A model generated the notes under the pieces. It saw only the letters and a program-made list of their open reading frames with translations, was not told the origin of the DNA and did not search any database. 64,000 bases of DNA from the human T2T-CHM13v2.0 reference genome, Homo sapiens. The position numbers and the translations under genes are program-made. The stretch lies in assembly GCF_009914755.1 (NCBI RefSeq), contig NC_060926.1. One strand, written 5' to 3'. Numbering within the stretch: the first letter of the stretch is position 1; every line of letters starts with the position of its first letter. Below, piece after piece: positions 1 to 11,959 of this stretch.

Positions 1-10
1 TCCTAAGGTA

Positions 11-650
11 TTTTTTTTTAATTGTGGTAAAATACACATAACATAAAATGTACTCTGTTAACCATTTTAAGTGTACAGTTTAGTGGTACTAAATATAGTC
101 ATAACATTTGGCAGCCGTCCCTACCATCCATCTCCATAATTCGTTTCATCTTGTAAAACTGAAACTCTATAACAATTAAACAATACTTCCCCATTTCTTC
201 CTCCCCCCAGCTTCTGCCAACCATCATTGTACCATCTCTATGATTCTGACCACTTTAATACAAATGGAATTATACTGTATTTGTCCTTCACTGACTAACT
301 TATTTCACTTGGCATAACATCCTCAAGTTTCATCCAAGTTGCAACATACGTCAGAATATTTCCCTCATGTTTAAGGCTGAATAATATTCCATTGTATGCA
401 TATATCATATTGTGCTTATCCATTCATCTGTAGTTGGACACTTCAATTGCTTCTAAGTTTTAGCTATTGCCAATAACGTTGCTGCAAACATGGATGTGCA
501 AATATTTTTTCAAGAGTCTGCTTTCAATTCTTTTACTATCCTGAGATGTGGTGCTGCTGAATCATATGGCAATACCATTTTGATGTTTTGAGGAACTACC
601 ATACTCTTTTCCACAGCAAACATAGCGTTTGGCATTCCCTCCAATACTGC
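11..650 (-). mobile_element. Old L1M (L1MB-like) 3' end fragment, antisense
   Basis: Poly-T at 12-19 followed by 'aattgtggtaaaatacacataacataaaat...accattttaagtgtacagtt', 'tttaaggctgaataatattccattgtatg' and 'ttttgaggaactaccatactcttttccacagc'. These match the reverse complement of mammalian-wide L1 3' ends. Subfamily is from recall. Confidence 0.85.
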
Positions 651-2834
651 AAAACGAATCGCCACATCCTTGTCTGTGGATTTTATTCACAAGTCCTGTG
701 GCTCTCTCTACATCCCGGCCACCATGTGTTATTTTCTGTTTATGTATATGACATCAAAGGTGCAGGAAGTAATGAACTAAATTGGAAGGATAAACATGTA
801 GAAAAATAGAGGTAAATACTGACTACATAAAACCATAAGAATAAGAATTTTGGATGATCTATCTATTATATACCTATTTATCTAACAGCTATCTGTTCCT
901 CCATCTGTAATTAAAATATATTACAGTTAGAGAACAGAGGAAAAAGTAGGAATACATGAATTTAAATTTTAATTCTTCTTAGATTGTCTCACAGCATCAT
1001 TATAGGAAAGAAAATTTATAGGTCAATATCTGTTAACTATAAATGTAACATTCTTAAAGAATTCAAATACATTAAATTACAGCATGAATAATATATTACA
1101 ATCCATTCAAGTTTATTTTATTCCAGGAACACAAAAATACAAATTTCATTTGCAATTCAAAAAAAAACAGAAATCGATACATATGATTGATGTATGTACA
1201 CACTTAATGTATTTTTAAATATACATTTTTAAAAAATAGAAATTTTTCTAGGGCAAATACTTAATATATCACTGAAAGTAGTGTTATTAGCTAATACTTT
1301 CCTAATAACTCTGGTATTACATAAGAAACAAAAATTAAAATTTCAGGTAAACTTAGAAACTAAAAATTTTAAAAATATTATTCTGTTATCCATATGTTCA
1401 TATTTAATATTATTTCTTGTTTTCATTCGTCTTCAGTGTTGCTCTACTAAAATATAACATACAATACTAACTTTTGATTTCTGTTCTTATTACTCAGAAT
1501 TGTATACATTTTCTCATGCTCTTAATTTAGTTATGCTACTTTTCTGTACTCTTGGAATTTTCACATTTGTGTTCACTCTCTTTTGAGTAACCATAGTATC
1601 AAATGAGCTTTTTTCCCTCTTTCTGATTTGAAGATTCATCTTCTCATAATTATTTTGTCCACTCAGTTTTTTTTTCATTCTCAGTTAAGCGCCTCTCATC
1701 TGGCTTCTTTTCATTTATAAGGTTTCCTTTCATCTTAAGCCAGTCTTTCATTTATATTTTGATTCTGTTTTGTGGAGGACATGCTTCCCTGAATTTTATG
1801 GAAGAGGCCAAAAGGTTTGTTCATGTTTTTACCTGATACATTGGATTAAATTATCTAATGCACACACTTTTAATTTAAGTCTAGGGGCAACTGTCTACTC
1901 TTGATTTTGTATAGTATTATTTTTCTTAACATCCAAGTCCATCTTCATCTATTTGTATAAGATCAATAAAAATATATTTGTCCAGAACCCTGCTTTGGCG
2001 GAGTTACTTCTTTCTAAGTAGTAGAGGTAGCAGTTGAGACATGAGCTGGGTTCTGGGTCAGTTTAGAGGGCTGGGCGACATTCCTCCTTTTGGTCTGTAT
2101 GACTGAATGAATGTAGTTCTTGCTGTCTCGCTCCTCTCCTTAACACATTGAGCCATTGCAGCAGATAAGAAGGAATAATCTTGATCTGCCATTCAGGTGG
2201 AACACATGTTCTCTCCAACCACACCCATAGGTTGTACTCACACTCGGCCAGAAGGTATCCTGTCAATGATATGGAGATGTATCTATCTAGATAGATATCT
2301 ACTTTGGTTTATGCTCTCTGGTTGCCCGTAAATTATCTCCTTAAAGTGAATATCAAAAGAGAGCTTGGTGATGACAGTATTATAAAATCCTCAGAATGCA
2401 GCACCCATACCCAGAGGAATTTGTAGATTCTGAGATTCTAATTCAGATACCAAACTATATAAAAGGGGAATTGGTAATTGAGGGTTGCTAGGCTCTTTGT
2501 TGAGCATATATGCTCTTTTCATGACTTCGAAATTATTTTAAAAATCTAAACTTTTTCTCAGTGTGCTCCAAGATGATTTCATTTGAATGCATAAGCACTA
2601 ATTCTCCCCTAAGATTTGTACAATATATTTGTTCTGACAAGCGATAGCCAGCAACTCACTTCACAGCAATTTACAGCATTTCCATGATAAGTTGAATTAT
2701 TTTTAACTAGACTCTCTTTGCCTTAATAAAAATATGAAGAAGCAATATACTTGTTCTAATTAGGTTCAAAAGTTGGCAGTCTCTCTCCTGGAAAGAACAG
2801 TAAAACTTTTCAGCGGCCTAATACGCATGTATAA

Positions 2835-2862
<28 letters not shown>
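2835..2862 (+). repeat. (CA)n microsatellite
   Basis: About 14 consecutive AC units are visible. Confidence 0.95.
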
Positions 2863-2865
<3 letters not shown>

Positions 2866-3129
2866 AGCACTATTCATAATATTTAAAGCACATTCTGTTC
2901 TATGACTTCATTTGTCTAGCACAAAATAAAACGATCTCAGTATATGTCAAGTATCAATTTTTTCGTATGGCCAATTATTGATATTTTATTTCTTAAAGAT
3001 TAGAGTGTTCTTGAATCTCTTTCTATTTCTTTGTCAATGAACTAAACATTGGCAAATATGTAGGGTTTCCCACATAAGAACATTATTAACATCAAAATAG
3101 AAAGCTGGTGGTAGAAATAAAGATTGGGA

Positions 3130-3230
3130 ACAGAGTCTCTACTCAACGTTCTAGTTCTGCCATACCATAACTTTGTGATCTCAGGAAATATCTCTCCATG
3201 TTGTCATCTCAATGTATAGTTCTGTCATTT
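3130..3230. mobile_element. Possible MIR remnant
   Basis: 'ttctagttctgccatacc...actttgtgatctcaggaaat...tcatctcaatg' resembles the MIR core but is highly diverged. Confidence 0.35.
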
Positions 3231-4620
3231 TTCAATAAGAGCTTTTTGCTTAATTATGAAGTACTAGTTACTATAACCATTATTTTGAGCTTCATGTAAA
3301 TCAAGAACACATGGACTCCACTTGCAAAACATCGAAAATGTAGTAGGGATTGGGGGCATCAAGCAACATTTTAAAATGTGTAAAGACAATGAGTAAGCAA
3401 CAAAGTGTCCAATTTTTTAGGGGAAAGTTGCATACGTTAGGAAAAGGCAGGATTAAGTAACAGAGAATTTGAATGATAACTGGCCAATTGGTGTCATTTA
3501 CAATTGCAAGTCATACAAATGAAGTTTTCTGTTTTAAAGAGAAAAGGAGTTATTTAGAATGGGTCAACCTATTGGGGAAGCAATGTAGTTAGAGACAATT
3601 CCCAAAACCATGTGAGCAAATGCTCTGTAGAGCGCACCAATGCAATGCTGCCATTGTGAGGCCAAGTCTCTCCTCGTCTTGGTACTGAGCCCTCCGTTCT
3701 GCCTCCATCATTGCCACTGTAGCTGCCATAAAATGATCCCTCAACCACGCTGCCCAGAAACAAAGAAAGAATTCTGTCCTTCCGCGCTCTCATATCAATT
3801 TCCAACATCAGGTGAGCCTTTGATGGGCACTATTCAGTTCCCTTATCCCTGAAATAGATGCAGTAAAAATATAGAAATTGCCTATGTGTTTCCCAATAAG
3901 ACACATATGGAAGCCTGTTTTCCCACAACAGGGAGGAGTTTGCACAATGGGTGTTCAAAGGAACAATATTCCCTGTAAACCATACTTTGCCCATATGAAG
4001 AAAAGCAATAAGGATTATTTAGTAAATAGACATGGAAACTCATCCAGGGTTGGCTGATGAGAAGCTGGTTAGCAAAGTGGTCTGCCTTCAGTTAGGACAA
4101 GGTCTGTGCTTCCCACGGGTTCTCTCCACAGCAGGAGGGATGCAAACTTCCCTTTCCTCCCCTGCACCTACCCTCAAATGGCCCAGAGGTCTTCAGGTGC
4201 TAGAATTTCTCAATTAATGCTGCACAAAATATCAGACAGCCTTGGCTGTCACAGTCTGTTCTCATGAAGCTAGTCTCCACTCACTACATAAAACAGGAGA
4301 GTAAGAACAAGGGTGTTTAACGCTACCCTAGCTCAAACAAGTTTCTCTCTGTATTATGTCAAGAACCTGGGAACCAGTGCATCTTCTGCTTTCCCTTCTT
4401 GGATTCTAGCCCAGACAAAAGAGGCAAGGGGCATTTCTTCAGAGGCGTTGAGCTTCACTACACAATGACCCAGGCTCTACATGCACCCTCTTTATATATT
4501 TCTACCTTGAAAAAAAAATTTTATATAATATTAATAATATATATTTTTATATAATAAACACATTTTTTATAGATAGATATAGATATACATAGATAAAGAT
4601 TTCTAGTCAGACTTTTTAAA

Positions 4621-4922
4621 GGCTGGGCTGATCGCGGTGCCTCAAAACTATAATCCCAGCACTTTGGGAGGCCAAGGTGGCCAGATCTCTTGAGTCCAGG
4701 AGTTGGAGATCAGCCAGGGCAACATGGTGAAACCCCATCTTCACAAAAATTAGCTAGTATGGTGTCATGCACCTGCAGTCCCTGCTACTCAGGAGGCTGA
4801 GGTGGGAGAATCGCTTGAGCACAGTATGTGAAGGCTTCAGTGAGCTCTAATCATATGACTGCACTACATCTTGGGTGACAAAGTGAGACCCTCTCTCAAA
4901 AATAAAAAAAGTAAAATAAAAA
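4621..4922 (+). mobile_element. Full-length old Alu (AluJ-like)
   Basis: 'ggctgggctgatcgcggtgcctc...taatcccagcactttgggaggccaagg', 'cagccagggcaacatggtgaaacccc', right arm 'gctactcaggaggctgaggtgggagaatcgcttgagc' and 'gtgagaccctctctc', then an A-rich tail. Confidence 0.92.
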
Positions 4923-5609
4923 GGCTACCACCATACTCACAGATAAGTGTGTCAGGTATATTTGCAGCTATCCTTCCTATATTCTATTTGGTAAAAAAAA
5001 AAAAATGCAAAGAACTCTTCTCATTCTAGATTTTTGTATTAATTAGACATTTGAAGTTTATAGCAGAAGAGCTATAATCATTTTTGGTATGTGTACTCTA
5101 TAGAACAGATAGTGCAAACAGATATCAATGCTTTTTAAAAGTATATAAGGTTATTAGAAATATTTTAAACTACCTATAGGTATATATGTATCTAATTGAA
5201 CTATCAAATGCAAGTAAGATCATTTCCTTAGCGTGTGAAATCCACTCAATTTATTAAAATATTTTCTAATATCTATTACAATAATATTTCTTAATTAGCT
5301 AACATAAGAGGAGTTTTAAGACATTTATTTATATGTACTTACTAGATTCAAACTCGATTCCACTATTTTCAGAAATCATACTCTGAGACAAGTCCTTTTT
5401 TTATCTAACTATGTTTCTGCCTATATTAAAAGACAGATATGTCAATTTTGCTAGTCATGCTGTTCCAAAGCTCTCCATCCTGATTATTTTTTGGTTTGTT
5501 CTAGCAGTCATTCAGAGACTTACTTATATTCAAATTTCTCTCTAGGTTTAACATTCATGTATGTCTTGTTGTGGTTTTGTCTATTTTTGCTGTATATAAT
5601 TTAAGACAT

Positions 5610-5880
5610 TTTATTGACATATACATGCAGAAAAGTACAATGATTAAATATGATAGCTTGATTAATGAAACACATGTATTTGCTTATAGCCATGTACGAA
5701 AATAGAACATTACTAAAAATAGTGATATTTCTCCTGTCCCTTTCCAAACACTAACCCTCATCCTCAATAGTAACAGATTTTTTTTTAACATAGAGTAATT
5801 TGGTCTACTTTCAAATTTTTATTAAATAAATCAGAGTATCTACTCTAAGTCTATGTTTATTTCATTGTTGTTATTTTGCT
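5610..5880 (-). mobile_element. Ancient L1M (L1MC/ME-like) 3' fragment
   Basis: 'ttttattgacatatacatgcagaaaagtaca...atagaacattac...aacatagagtaatttggtctactttc' resembles antisense ancient L1 3' ends. Confidence 0.55.
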
Positions 5881-5956
5881 TGTAGTATTTATCTGCTAAT
5901 GGACATGGTAGAATGAAGACGGCTACATACACATTTTTTAATTAATAGATTTTTTG

Positions 5957-6091
5957 AGCCCTTTGTGGCTCATGCCTTTAATCCCATCACTTTGGGAGGC
6001 TGAGGTGCGTGGATCATGAGGTCAGGAGATCCAGACAATCCTGGCCAACGTGGTAAAACCCCTTCTCTACTAAAATACAAAAAATTAGCTG
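5957..6091 (+). mobile_element. Alu left arm only (AluSc/Y-type), truncated just after the A-rich linker
   Basis: 'gtggctcatgcctttaatcccatcactttgggaggctgagg...ggatcatgaggtcaggagatc...ctctactaaaatacaaaaaattagct'. Similarity stops abruptly there. It has the short 'gatcaYgagg' form seen in Sc/Y-type Alus. Confidence 0.9.
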
Positions 6092-6199
6092 ATAGATAAC
6101 ATCAAGTTCACATCTGAGTTCTTAGCTGCACTGAGTCAAGCCTACTTACATCTTTGTCTTCCGCTGCACTTTTCCTTCCACATCACAGTCCAGGAATGC

Positions 6200-7510
6200 C
6201 TAGCTCTGTTGGCCTTCTACTCCATTTCCACTATTGTGCCCCTGCCACCGAGGCTTTTTGCCGCCACTGCCGCGGGTTTTTGCCTCTGCTGCTTTTTGCC
6301 ACCGCCGCCGCGGCTTTTTGCTCCCAACGCTGGGGCTTTTTGCGGCTCTTTGACCCACCACCGGAGCTTTTTGTGGCTTTTTGCGCCCGCCGCCGTGCCT
6401 TTTTGCCCCCGCGACTGCGGCTTTTTCCCCCGCCTCGCGGCTTTCTGCCCCCGCCATTGTGGCTTTTCATCACCACTGCCACGGCTTTTTGCCCCCGCCG
6501 CTGCGGGTTTCTCCCGCCACAGATTTTGCCCCTGCCGCCGTGGCTTCTTACCCCCACCGCCGTGGAATTTTGCCCCCCGTCACCATGGCTTTTTGCGGCT
6601 TTTTGCCACTGCAGCTCTTTGCCCCTGAAGCCACGGCTTTTTGCCCTTGGTGCTGTGGCTTTTTGCGGCTTTTTGCCCCCGCCAATATGGCTTTTTGCTG
6701 CTGTGGCTCTTTGCCTCTGAAGCCACAGCTTTTTGCCCCTGTCGCCACGGGTTTTTGCCCCCGTGGCTTTTTGCTGACACGGCTTTTTGCCGCCGCCGCC
6801 ATGGCTTTTTGCTCCTGCTGCTGAGGCTTTTTGCCGCCGCGGTTTTTGCCCCCGCCGCTGCTGCTTTTTGGGGCTTTTTGCCCCCCTACCACCGCGGCTT
6901 TTTGCCCCACCCCGCCGCTGCGGCTTTTTGCCCCCGCGGCTTATCCCCCCCGTCACCGCGGGTTTTTGTGGGTTTTTTGCACCCGCTCCCACTGCTTTTT
7001 GCCCCCACCGCTGCGGCTTTTTGCCCCACAACTACGGCTTTTTGCCGCCTTGGTTTTTTGCGCCCGAAGCCACAGCTTTTTGCCCTCGCCACCGTGGCTT
7101 TTTGCCTGCGCCACCACGGCTTTATGCCCCTGCCGCCGTGGGTTTTTGCCGCCGCGGCTTTTTTTTTAACCGCCACCGCCACAGCTTTTTGTCCCCGCCA
7201 CCGCGGTTTTTCACCTCCGCCACCGAGGCTTTTTGCCCCCACCGCCTTGGCTTTTTGCAGGTTTTCACCCCCGTCGCTGCAGCTTTTTTGCCCCCTGCCA
7301 CCGTGGCTTTTTCCCCCAGCCTCCGCGGCTTTTTGTGTTTTTTTTGCCCCCACTCCCGCTCCTTTTTGCCTTCACCTCAGCGGCTTTTTACCCCCCTCAG
7401 CGCGGCTTTTTGCCCCCACCGCTGCATCTTTCTCCAACCGCCACCATGGCTTTTTGCCCCTGCCGCCGCGCCTTTTTGCCGCCGTGGCCTTTTGCCCCCG
7501 CTGCCTTTGG
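6200..7510. repeat. GC/CpG-rich degenerate tandem repeat (GCCGCCGCGGCTTTTTGCCCCC-like; GGGCAAAAAGCC on the minus strand)
   Basis: Dozens of GGCTTTTTG(C) cores separated by CCG/CCC-rich spacers. The main unit is ~22 bp, with 10-15 bp variants. This repeat class is known from hominoid pericentromeric duplication boundaries. Confidence 0.92.
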
Positions 7511-7629
7511 AACCTTAATTTCACTTGAAATCTAATTTCCCACTGCCATGCAACCTAACATATTTGTATGTTAGACTCTGGGAATTAAGACATGAACATT
7601 TCTGGGAGGCCATTATTTTGTCTACAACA
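7511..7629 (-). mobile_element. MLT1 (ERVL-MaLR) LTR terminal fragment
   Basis: 'ctctgggaattaagacatgaacatttctgggaggccattattttgtctacaaca' matches the MLT1 end motif (ggattaggacatggacatcttt-ggggccattattctgcctaccaca). Confidence 0.7.
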
Positions 7630-7716
7630 GACATAATCTATTTACCTGCAGATTAAAGTGTTCTTTATTTTTCTGCCTCTCTTTCTTAATTTTTTTTAAA
7701 TAATATGAATTGTAGT

Positions 7717-8236
7717 AAAGAGAAAGAAAAGAAAGAAAAAAGAAGGAAGGAAGGAAAGAAGAAAGAAAAGGAGGAAATGAGAGAAGGGAGGGAGGAAGGG
7801 AGAAAGGCAGGAAAGGAGAAAAAACAAAGCAAGAACTCAAGAAAGAAAAAGAAAGAAAGTGAGAAAAGAAGGAAAGAGGAAGGAAAGGAGGAAAGGAGAA
7901 CGGTAAAATGGAGGAAGGCAAACAAAAAAATAGAAAGGAGGAAGGAAGCAAAAAGGAAAGGAAGGGAGGGAGGAAGGAAAAAAGGGAGGGAGGAAGGGAG
8001 AAAAAGGAAAAAAGGGAGGGAGGAAGGGAGAAAAAGGAAAGAAAGTGAGAAAGAGTAAGAGAAAAGAAGGAAGAAAAGGGAGGGAGAAAGCAAGGGAGGG
8101 AGGAGGGAAGGAAGAATAAGGGGAAGGAAAGAAGGAAGGAAGGAGAAAAATGAAAGGAAAAGAAAGCGGAAAAGAAGAAAGGAAGGAAGAAGGCAAGGGA
8201 AGAGGAGAAAGGAAGATGGAAAGAAGGAAGGAAGAA
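7717..8236 (+). repeat. Polypurine GA-rich low-complexity tract (GGAA/GAAA/GGGA)
   Basis: About 520 bp almost entirely A/G, with a local duplication of 'aaaaagggagggaggaagggagaaaaagg'. Confidence 0.95.
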
Positions 8237-8289
8237 CGCAAATATTATAAATTCTGGGTTTGTTAGAGAATATGCCATACTATTTTTTT

Positions 8290-8940
8290 TTTCACTTGAA
8301 AGGAAAGAGTATCTGACATTGAAGATTGGATGTCTTGTTGGTGATATTGTTGTTCTTATCTTCCATATGATTACTGAGTTGGTGCCTAGTCTGTCCATTA
8401 CTAAGACAAAAGTGTTGAAGTGTGCAAATATAATTTTGGATTTTTCTAGTTCGCCTTTGATTTCTTTCCTGTTTTACCTCATGTATTTGGAGGTTCTGTT
8501 ATTAGCTGCGTACCCTAATTAGTAGGATGTTTACATCTTGAGAATTGATTATTATATTATTTATTATCTCTCATCTCTGATACTATTTCTTGTTCTGAAC
8601 TCTGTTGTGTCTAGTATCAATGTAGTCCTTCCACAGCTTTATTTTAGTGTCTCCATGATACGGCTTTCTCCATATCTTGATGATAACCTATTTATATCTC
8701 TATATATTTGGAGCAAGATATAATATTTAGACTTGATTTTTTAAAGATTTTTCAAGATGGAATTCTTATTTCTTTTTGTTCTATTTGACATTCTCTGAGT
8801 TTCCTTTATCTGAAGTTTGATTTTCTGTCACTTCTTTTAGAATATTTTTGGCAGTTATTTTGAAATATATTTCTTTTGCTCCATTATTTTTCCCTCTTTT
8901 CTTTTTGGGATTTCAATCATAACTAGAGTAGGTAATTTCA
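8290..8940 (-). mobile_element. Ancient L1M fragment (5' ORF2 region), antisense, degenerate
   Basis: 'tctgtccattactaagacaaaagtgttgaagt...tataattttggattt...catgtatttggaggttctgttattag' is typical of antisense L1M endonuclease-region remnants. Confidence 0.65.
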
Positions 8941-9159
8941 TCTCAGTCTTATGCAGGTACTTTTTCTCAGGGTCTCAGGAATGTAGCCTTCTCACACTTC
9001 TGTTCTTTTCCTGGCTGTGTTGGTGAGCTCAGTGATATTCCTCCTTCACCTTCAAGAGCAGTTTTGTTTTGTTTTTCCTGTTTTCATACTCCCAGTATCA
9101 GGAGTATTCTAAGTGTGGCAGTTTTTGTTGCCTTCCCCTACATATTAAGTGGAATATCT

Positions 9160-9436
9160 CGGTCTATTTGGACTCTTATGACAAAATAACATAAGCTGGG
9201 TGACTAAAAAACAACAGATATTTCTTTTTTCACACTTCTTGAGGCTGTAAGATCTCAGGTCAAGATGCTCCCAAATTCAGTGTTGATGAGAGCCCATTTC
9301 ATGGTTCATAGATGGTGCCTTCTTTCTATGTCCTCACACAGTGGAAGGCACACAAGAACTCCATTGAGCTTCTTTTATAAAGGCACTAATCCGATTCATA
9401 AGGGCTCGGCCCCCAAGACCTGGTCACCTCCCAAGT
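9160..9436 (-). mobile_element. MaLR LTR (MLT1A/MST-like) fragment
   Basis: 'acaaaataacataagctgggtgactaaaaaacaacagatattt', 'tcaggtcaagatgc', 'tgtcctcacacagtggaagg', 'cttttataaaggcactaatcc' and 'tcacctcccaag'. Confidence 0.85.
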
Positions 9437-9804
9437 GTTCTGCTCTCCCTGACCTGTATCATATACAGACTCTCTTGGATTCCTTACCAATTGCCTGAGA
9501 CATCACAGTGGGTTTGTGGGGAAAACGTTTTCAAGATGATGGATCTTTCCCAACTTCTGCAGCTGTCAGCGGTCTCCCAATCTGACCAGCCCCACTTTGT
9601 CTTTAGGAATTTATTGATTATTCCAGCTTTACTTGTCATAGTGGTGTCTATTTGCATCTGTCCTATGTAAGTGTATCTGTCCTTTTTCTCCTTGCAGGTG
9701 CAAGTACTCAGGAGTACACTGTTGTTACTAATTACTCAGTATTGGTTGGTACACTGTCAAAGATCAAAAAACATTTTTAAAGATAAAAACAATTATTGGT
9801 AGTT

Positions 9805-10425
9805 GTGTAATGAAGGGTTAATTCTGCAGAGATGGCTTTCCAAAACCTTGCACATTCCAAAGGTCTTCAGGACTGGCCCTTGACAAGCTCCTGGGAGATG
9901 ATAACCTATGAGCCCTTGGTATATGCTGCCTGATGAGAGTCTTTGTATACCTGAAAACGTAGGTCATACCAAATAACTGATGGTAACAACGTGATTTCTT
10001 GTGAGCACCTGTTTCTGTATGCCTATGACTTTGTGTAATGCCATATTAATATGACCTCTCTTAGGGCATAGGGAGGTTGGGAACTAAATAGCTAAGTTCA
10101 GTCACAGGACGCTCGATGCGTATGTGGTGGAATCCTAATAAAAACCCTGGACTCAAGACTGACTGAGCTTCCCTAGTTGGCAACAAGTTCACACATGTTG
10201 TCTCACACCATTGTAAAGAAAATTAGTCAGTGTGAAGTCTCCACTATGAAAGGACACCTGTAAGCTCACATCTGGTTTGTCCTGGACTCAATTTTATGTG
10301 CTTTTATGCTTCTGATTATTTTAATCTGGTTTCTTTCACTGTTAGAAACTATAACCACAAAAGAAAAATCAGCTTTCTTGAGTTATGTGAATCATTAAAC
10401 CAAAGGGGGACTTGGGAAACCCCAA
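9805..10425 (+). mobile_element. MER21-like solo LTR
   Basis: 'ctcctgggagatgataacctatgagcccttgg...ctgcctgatgagagtcttt', 'aataaaaaccctggac', 'gagcttccctagttggcaac', 'cactgttagaaactataaccac' and 'ggggacttgggaaacccc' resemble MER21 LTRs. Contains an AATAAA at ~10138. Confidence 0.7.
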
Positions 10426-11464
10426 TAAAAAGTATATATATTCTTAAAAAGAAAAAGAAAACTGGCTATAGCAGATATTGCTGATGACTTGTCTTCTATG
10501 TCCTGGACTCAATGTGTTCACCTGAAATTCACCTGTTTCCAGCTAACTGAGAGCTCCCCACATCATGCCTGTCTTTCTGATTTTTGGGCTTGCCTGCAAG
10601 CTTCTTGAGGCTAACCAGTGCTTCTCAACCACACATAGGAACAAGGAAGGAGTTAGGGGTGGAGAGTTAATGATTCTAAGGCAATCCTTAAGCAATAAGA
10701 GATGGGGATTCCACCATCCCCATCTCTTTGTAAAGTTATTTTGAGACAATCTCCATACCTCCATCATTACTGAGCACATAGCAGTAACTACTCATTCACA
10801 CTGGCTTCATGTTCTGTTTCATTTTCTCCACTTCTGCGCTTTCTCACTCAATTTCTGATTAAAGAATTTGACCCCAAATATTTGTTTCATAGTCTATTTA
10901 TGAGGGAATCCAGAGCCAAGACAATAACAATGGGAGCTTTGCAATGAGGGAGGGTGAGTATAATCATCAGAAGTTTACCTACCTCACTGGGAGCATGAAG
11001 GCCTGGAGAGCTTGATGTTTCAATGAGAGAAACATGTTGAATCTCAGTTGAATACCTATATATATATATGCAATAAGACGTGCCCTTTACTTATATCTAA
11101 GGAAAGTGCTCTTTACCCCTCTTTGTTGTTGTGTTTTTACCACTATTGCCTACACAAGCAGAATATCATACCCAGGATTTAAAGCCCTCACTGCAGGATT
11201 TTCAAGCTCATGTTTTCATCATCAGTCACTCTGCTTCCATGTGTTTTAAATCTAATCCTCATTCATCTGCTTTTACACCAGAGAATTCATCACTGACTTA
11301 TTTTTGACTGACCTCCTTATAGAGCTGTCAAGTACACAATTTCTGCTGTGACCTTTCTCTTAGAGCTCAGTCATATAGCCTCTCAGTAGATATCATTTCC
11401 TCTTATCTTTCCTAATGAATTGTCAGTTAAAACTCAATATTTTTAAGATTGAGCTTACCATCTG

Positions 11465-11482
11465 CACACACACACACACACA
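11465..11482 (+). repeat. Short (CA)n
   Basis: About 9 CA units. Confidence 0.85.
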
Positions 11483-11599
11483 CCATCATTGGTGTATTCT
11501 CATAACCTTGAAACACTAACGTCACGTTGATGTCTGCCTTTTCTTTCTCTGCTACCTCATTCCTCATCCTTAGATTATTCTAAAAGATTCAATTAGATC

Positions 11600-11957
11600 A
11601 AGTTGGCTAATTATATTTTTAAGATCCTCTCTACGCTTACCAACTTTTCGTTTAACAAAATTTAAATATTTATGGCAGGAGACTGTTGAAATCCCCATGG
11701 ATGACTGTGGTTTTACTATTTTACCTTTCAGTTTTAATAGGTTTTATATTATGTATTTTGAAGTAATGCTATTGTGTGCATACATATTTCTTATTTACAT
11801 GACTTCTTGATGTATTTTCCCCTTTGTCATTTTGAAATGTTATTCTTCATCCCCAGTGATATTTCCTGTTCTGATGTCTACTTTGCTCATCACAGTTTTA
11901 GGGGCTTTTGGTTTGTTTGTTTTTCTAATTTTGGTTCAAGTAAGTTTCTTATAAATC
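11600..11957 (-). mobile_element. Ancient L1M fragment, antisense, abutting HSat2
   Basis: 'ctgttgaaatcccc...gactgtggtttt...tatgtattttgaagtaatgctattgtgtgcatacatattt...taagtttcttataaa' covers the same L1M region as 8.3-8.9 kb. Confidence 0.65.
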
Positions 11958-11959
11958 TC

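Noticed and set aside
6154-7535. Long overlapping ORFs (up to 295 aa) in all six frames
   Set aside because: They result from a stop-poor GC-rich tandem repeat and translate to low-complexity peptides.
7622-8398. Phe/Ser/Leu-rich and Lys/Glu/Arg-rich ORFs resembling membrane or charged proteins
   Set aside because: They are translations of the GA-rich tract.
9670-9700. Strong 3' splice-acceptor-like motif (cctttttctccttgcag|g)
   Set aside because: No convincing partner donor or recognisable exon, and such motifs arise by chance.
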